Shown: positions 63,141-64,000 of the stretch, piece after piece
Position numbering within the stretch: the first letter of the stretch is position 1
How the letters are laid out: each line of letters opens with the position of its first letter
Sequence record: LC680885.1
DNA length: 64,000 bases
DNA from: Staphylococcus phage S6
Strand: one strand, 5' to 3'
The notes under the pieces: generated by a model
Database searches by the model: none
What the model was told of the DNA's origin: nothing
The model's input: only the letters and a program-made list of their open reading frames with translations
Translations under genes and position numbers: made by a program

Positions 63141-64000
63141 TTCTGTTGTAGTTTCTTCTGGAGTTTCTTCTACTTGTGAAGTAGAAATAGTAACACTAAC
63201 ATCTTTACTTACACTATCAGAAGTGACTTTAACTTTAGCAGTTCCTGCAGCTTTAGCAGTTACAAGACCACTGTTGTTAACTGAAGCATACTCAGATCCT
63301 TCAGTAATAGAGTAACTTACAGAGTTTGTAGATGGTTGAATTTTAACGTCTAACTGTTGAGTTGATTCTGCATCTATGTTAACTTCTTCTGGAGTAACAG
63401 TTAGACTCTTAGTCTTTAAACGGCTTACATTAACCTCTACATTTTTAGAAACATCATCTGATTTAACTGTAACGTTTGCAGTTCCTTCAGAAATACCAGT
63501 AATATTTCCGTTATTATCAACTGAAGCAAATTCAGAACCGTCTTTTAATTCAAAGCTTACTTTTCTTCCTTCTGGTTCAGTAGTAACCTCTAATTTCTGA
63601 GTTTGTTCTGCTTCAATATTAACTGTCTCTGGAGTAACAGTTATACTTTTAGTTTGATTAATGCTTTCAAATTTTCCATCTTTAGGATCATAAACAGAAT
63701 ATTCAATTTTCTTATCAATTTCGTTTTGTATAGTTTCCTCATCTAAAATGCGGATATTGAAATTAACAATATTGTCTTGAATACTTCTCTCAATTACTTT
63801 AACTAAAATTTCACCAGTCTTACTAAAGAATAATAAACGATTTTTATCTGCTTGATATCTAGCATAACTTTCATCACTAACATTTACAGATAATAATTGT
63901 AATAGATTTTCTTTAGCTACAGGAGTGACTTCTTTAGTATCGAAATCTTTATAACCTAAGATTTTATCTAAAGGTAAAGCAGATTCTTTAAGAACGTTAA
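63138..64000 (-). CDS. Big_2 (bacterial Ig-like group 2) repeat protein, C-terminal part (N-terminus beyond right window edge); likely virion surface/decoration or tail fiber protein
   Basis: Stop at 63138-63140 (tta). Reverse translation shows tandem repeats 'LTVTPEEVNIDAESTQQLDVKIQPSTNSVSYSITEGSEYASVNNSGLVTAKAAGTAKVKVTS..' typical of Big_2. Near-identical DNA repeats 'tctggagtaacagtta(g/t)act(c/t)ttag' at 63389 and 63629. Confidence 0.55.
   Translation of the reverse strand, partial: NVLKESALPLDKILGYKDFDTKEVTPVAKENLLQLLSVNVSDESYARYQADKNRLLFFSKTGEILVKVIERSIQDNIVNFNIRILDEETIQNEIDKKIEYSVYDPKDGKFESINQTKSITVTPETVNIEAEQTQKLEVTTEPEGRKVSFELKDGSEFASVDNNGNITGISEGTANVTVKSDDVSKNVEVNVSRLKTKSLTVTPEEVNIDAESTQQLDVKIQPSTNSVSYSITEGSEYASVNNSGLVTAKAAGTAKVKVTSDSVSKDVSVTISTSQVEETPEETTTE

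Overview
This is a strongly AT-rich window (roughly 70% A+T by eye) with Firmicutes-type ribosome-binding sites (AAGGAG/GGAGG 7-11 nt before starts). Genes are tightly packed and transcription units are closed by clear GC-rich hairpin terminators. It looks like part of a large (jumbo-type) virulent dsDNA phage of a low-GC Gram-positive host. I found no rRNA, tRNA, CRISPR, transposase or integrase.

Layout. Positions 1-12355 lie on the minus strand and encode two tandem, paralogous giant virion/tail-type proteins plus two unknowns. The first giant (1-4603, runs off the left edge) carries lysozyme-like and NlpC/P60 domains. The second (4627-10605, 1992 aa) carries peptidase M23 and SGNH/GDSL domains. 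A palindromic divergent promoter region sits at about 12.4 kb. From 12.7 kb to 63.1 kb almost everything is on the plus strand:
- a Dda/RecD-like helicase
- a tandem array of 8 tiny coiled-coil genes
- a MoxR-like AAA+ ATPase with a metallopeptidase-motif/vWA partner
- family-B DNA polymerase split into two non-adjacent genes: the C-terminal half (motifs B, C, KxY) at 28.8 kb lies upstream of the N-terminal half (exo I-III, motif A) at 49.3 kb
- a multisubunit-RNA-polymerase beta-prime subunit split into an N-terminal gene (NADFDGD site, 32.2 kb) and a C-terminal gene (bridge helix and trigger loop, 54.5 kb)
- a Rad50/SbcC-like ATPase, an SF2 DEAH helicase, a 5'(3')-deoxyribonucleotidase-like HAD protein, and an SSB-like protein with a Q/N-rich linker and a DDDLPF motif

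Most striking feature. Roughly 25-30 tandemly arrayed paralogous genes sit mainly at 34.3-45.9 kb, with satellites at 26.3-28.3 kb and 13.9-16.2 kb. Their bodies have diverged strongly, but their last ~17 codons are conserved ('..EEITDEKEIKKYLVKNNFK' and KKGFR/KENFK variants). Some gene-end DNA is near-identical between members, which points to recent duplication or gene conversion.

A conserved ~25-nt motif, TTAAATATATATTATAAAAATGAG, recurs in at least 9 intergenic regions, often next to hairpins. I read it as a phage-specific promoter. The window ends with a minus-strand gene (63138-64000, partial) that encodes Big_2 Ig-like repeats.
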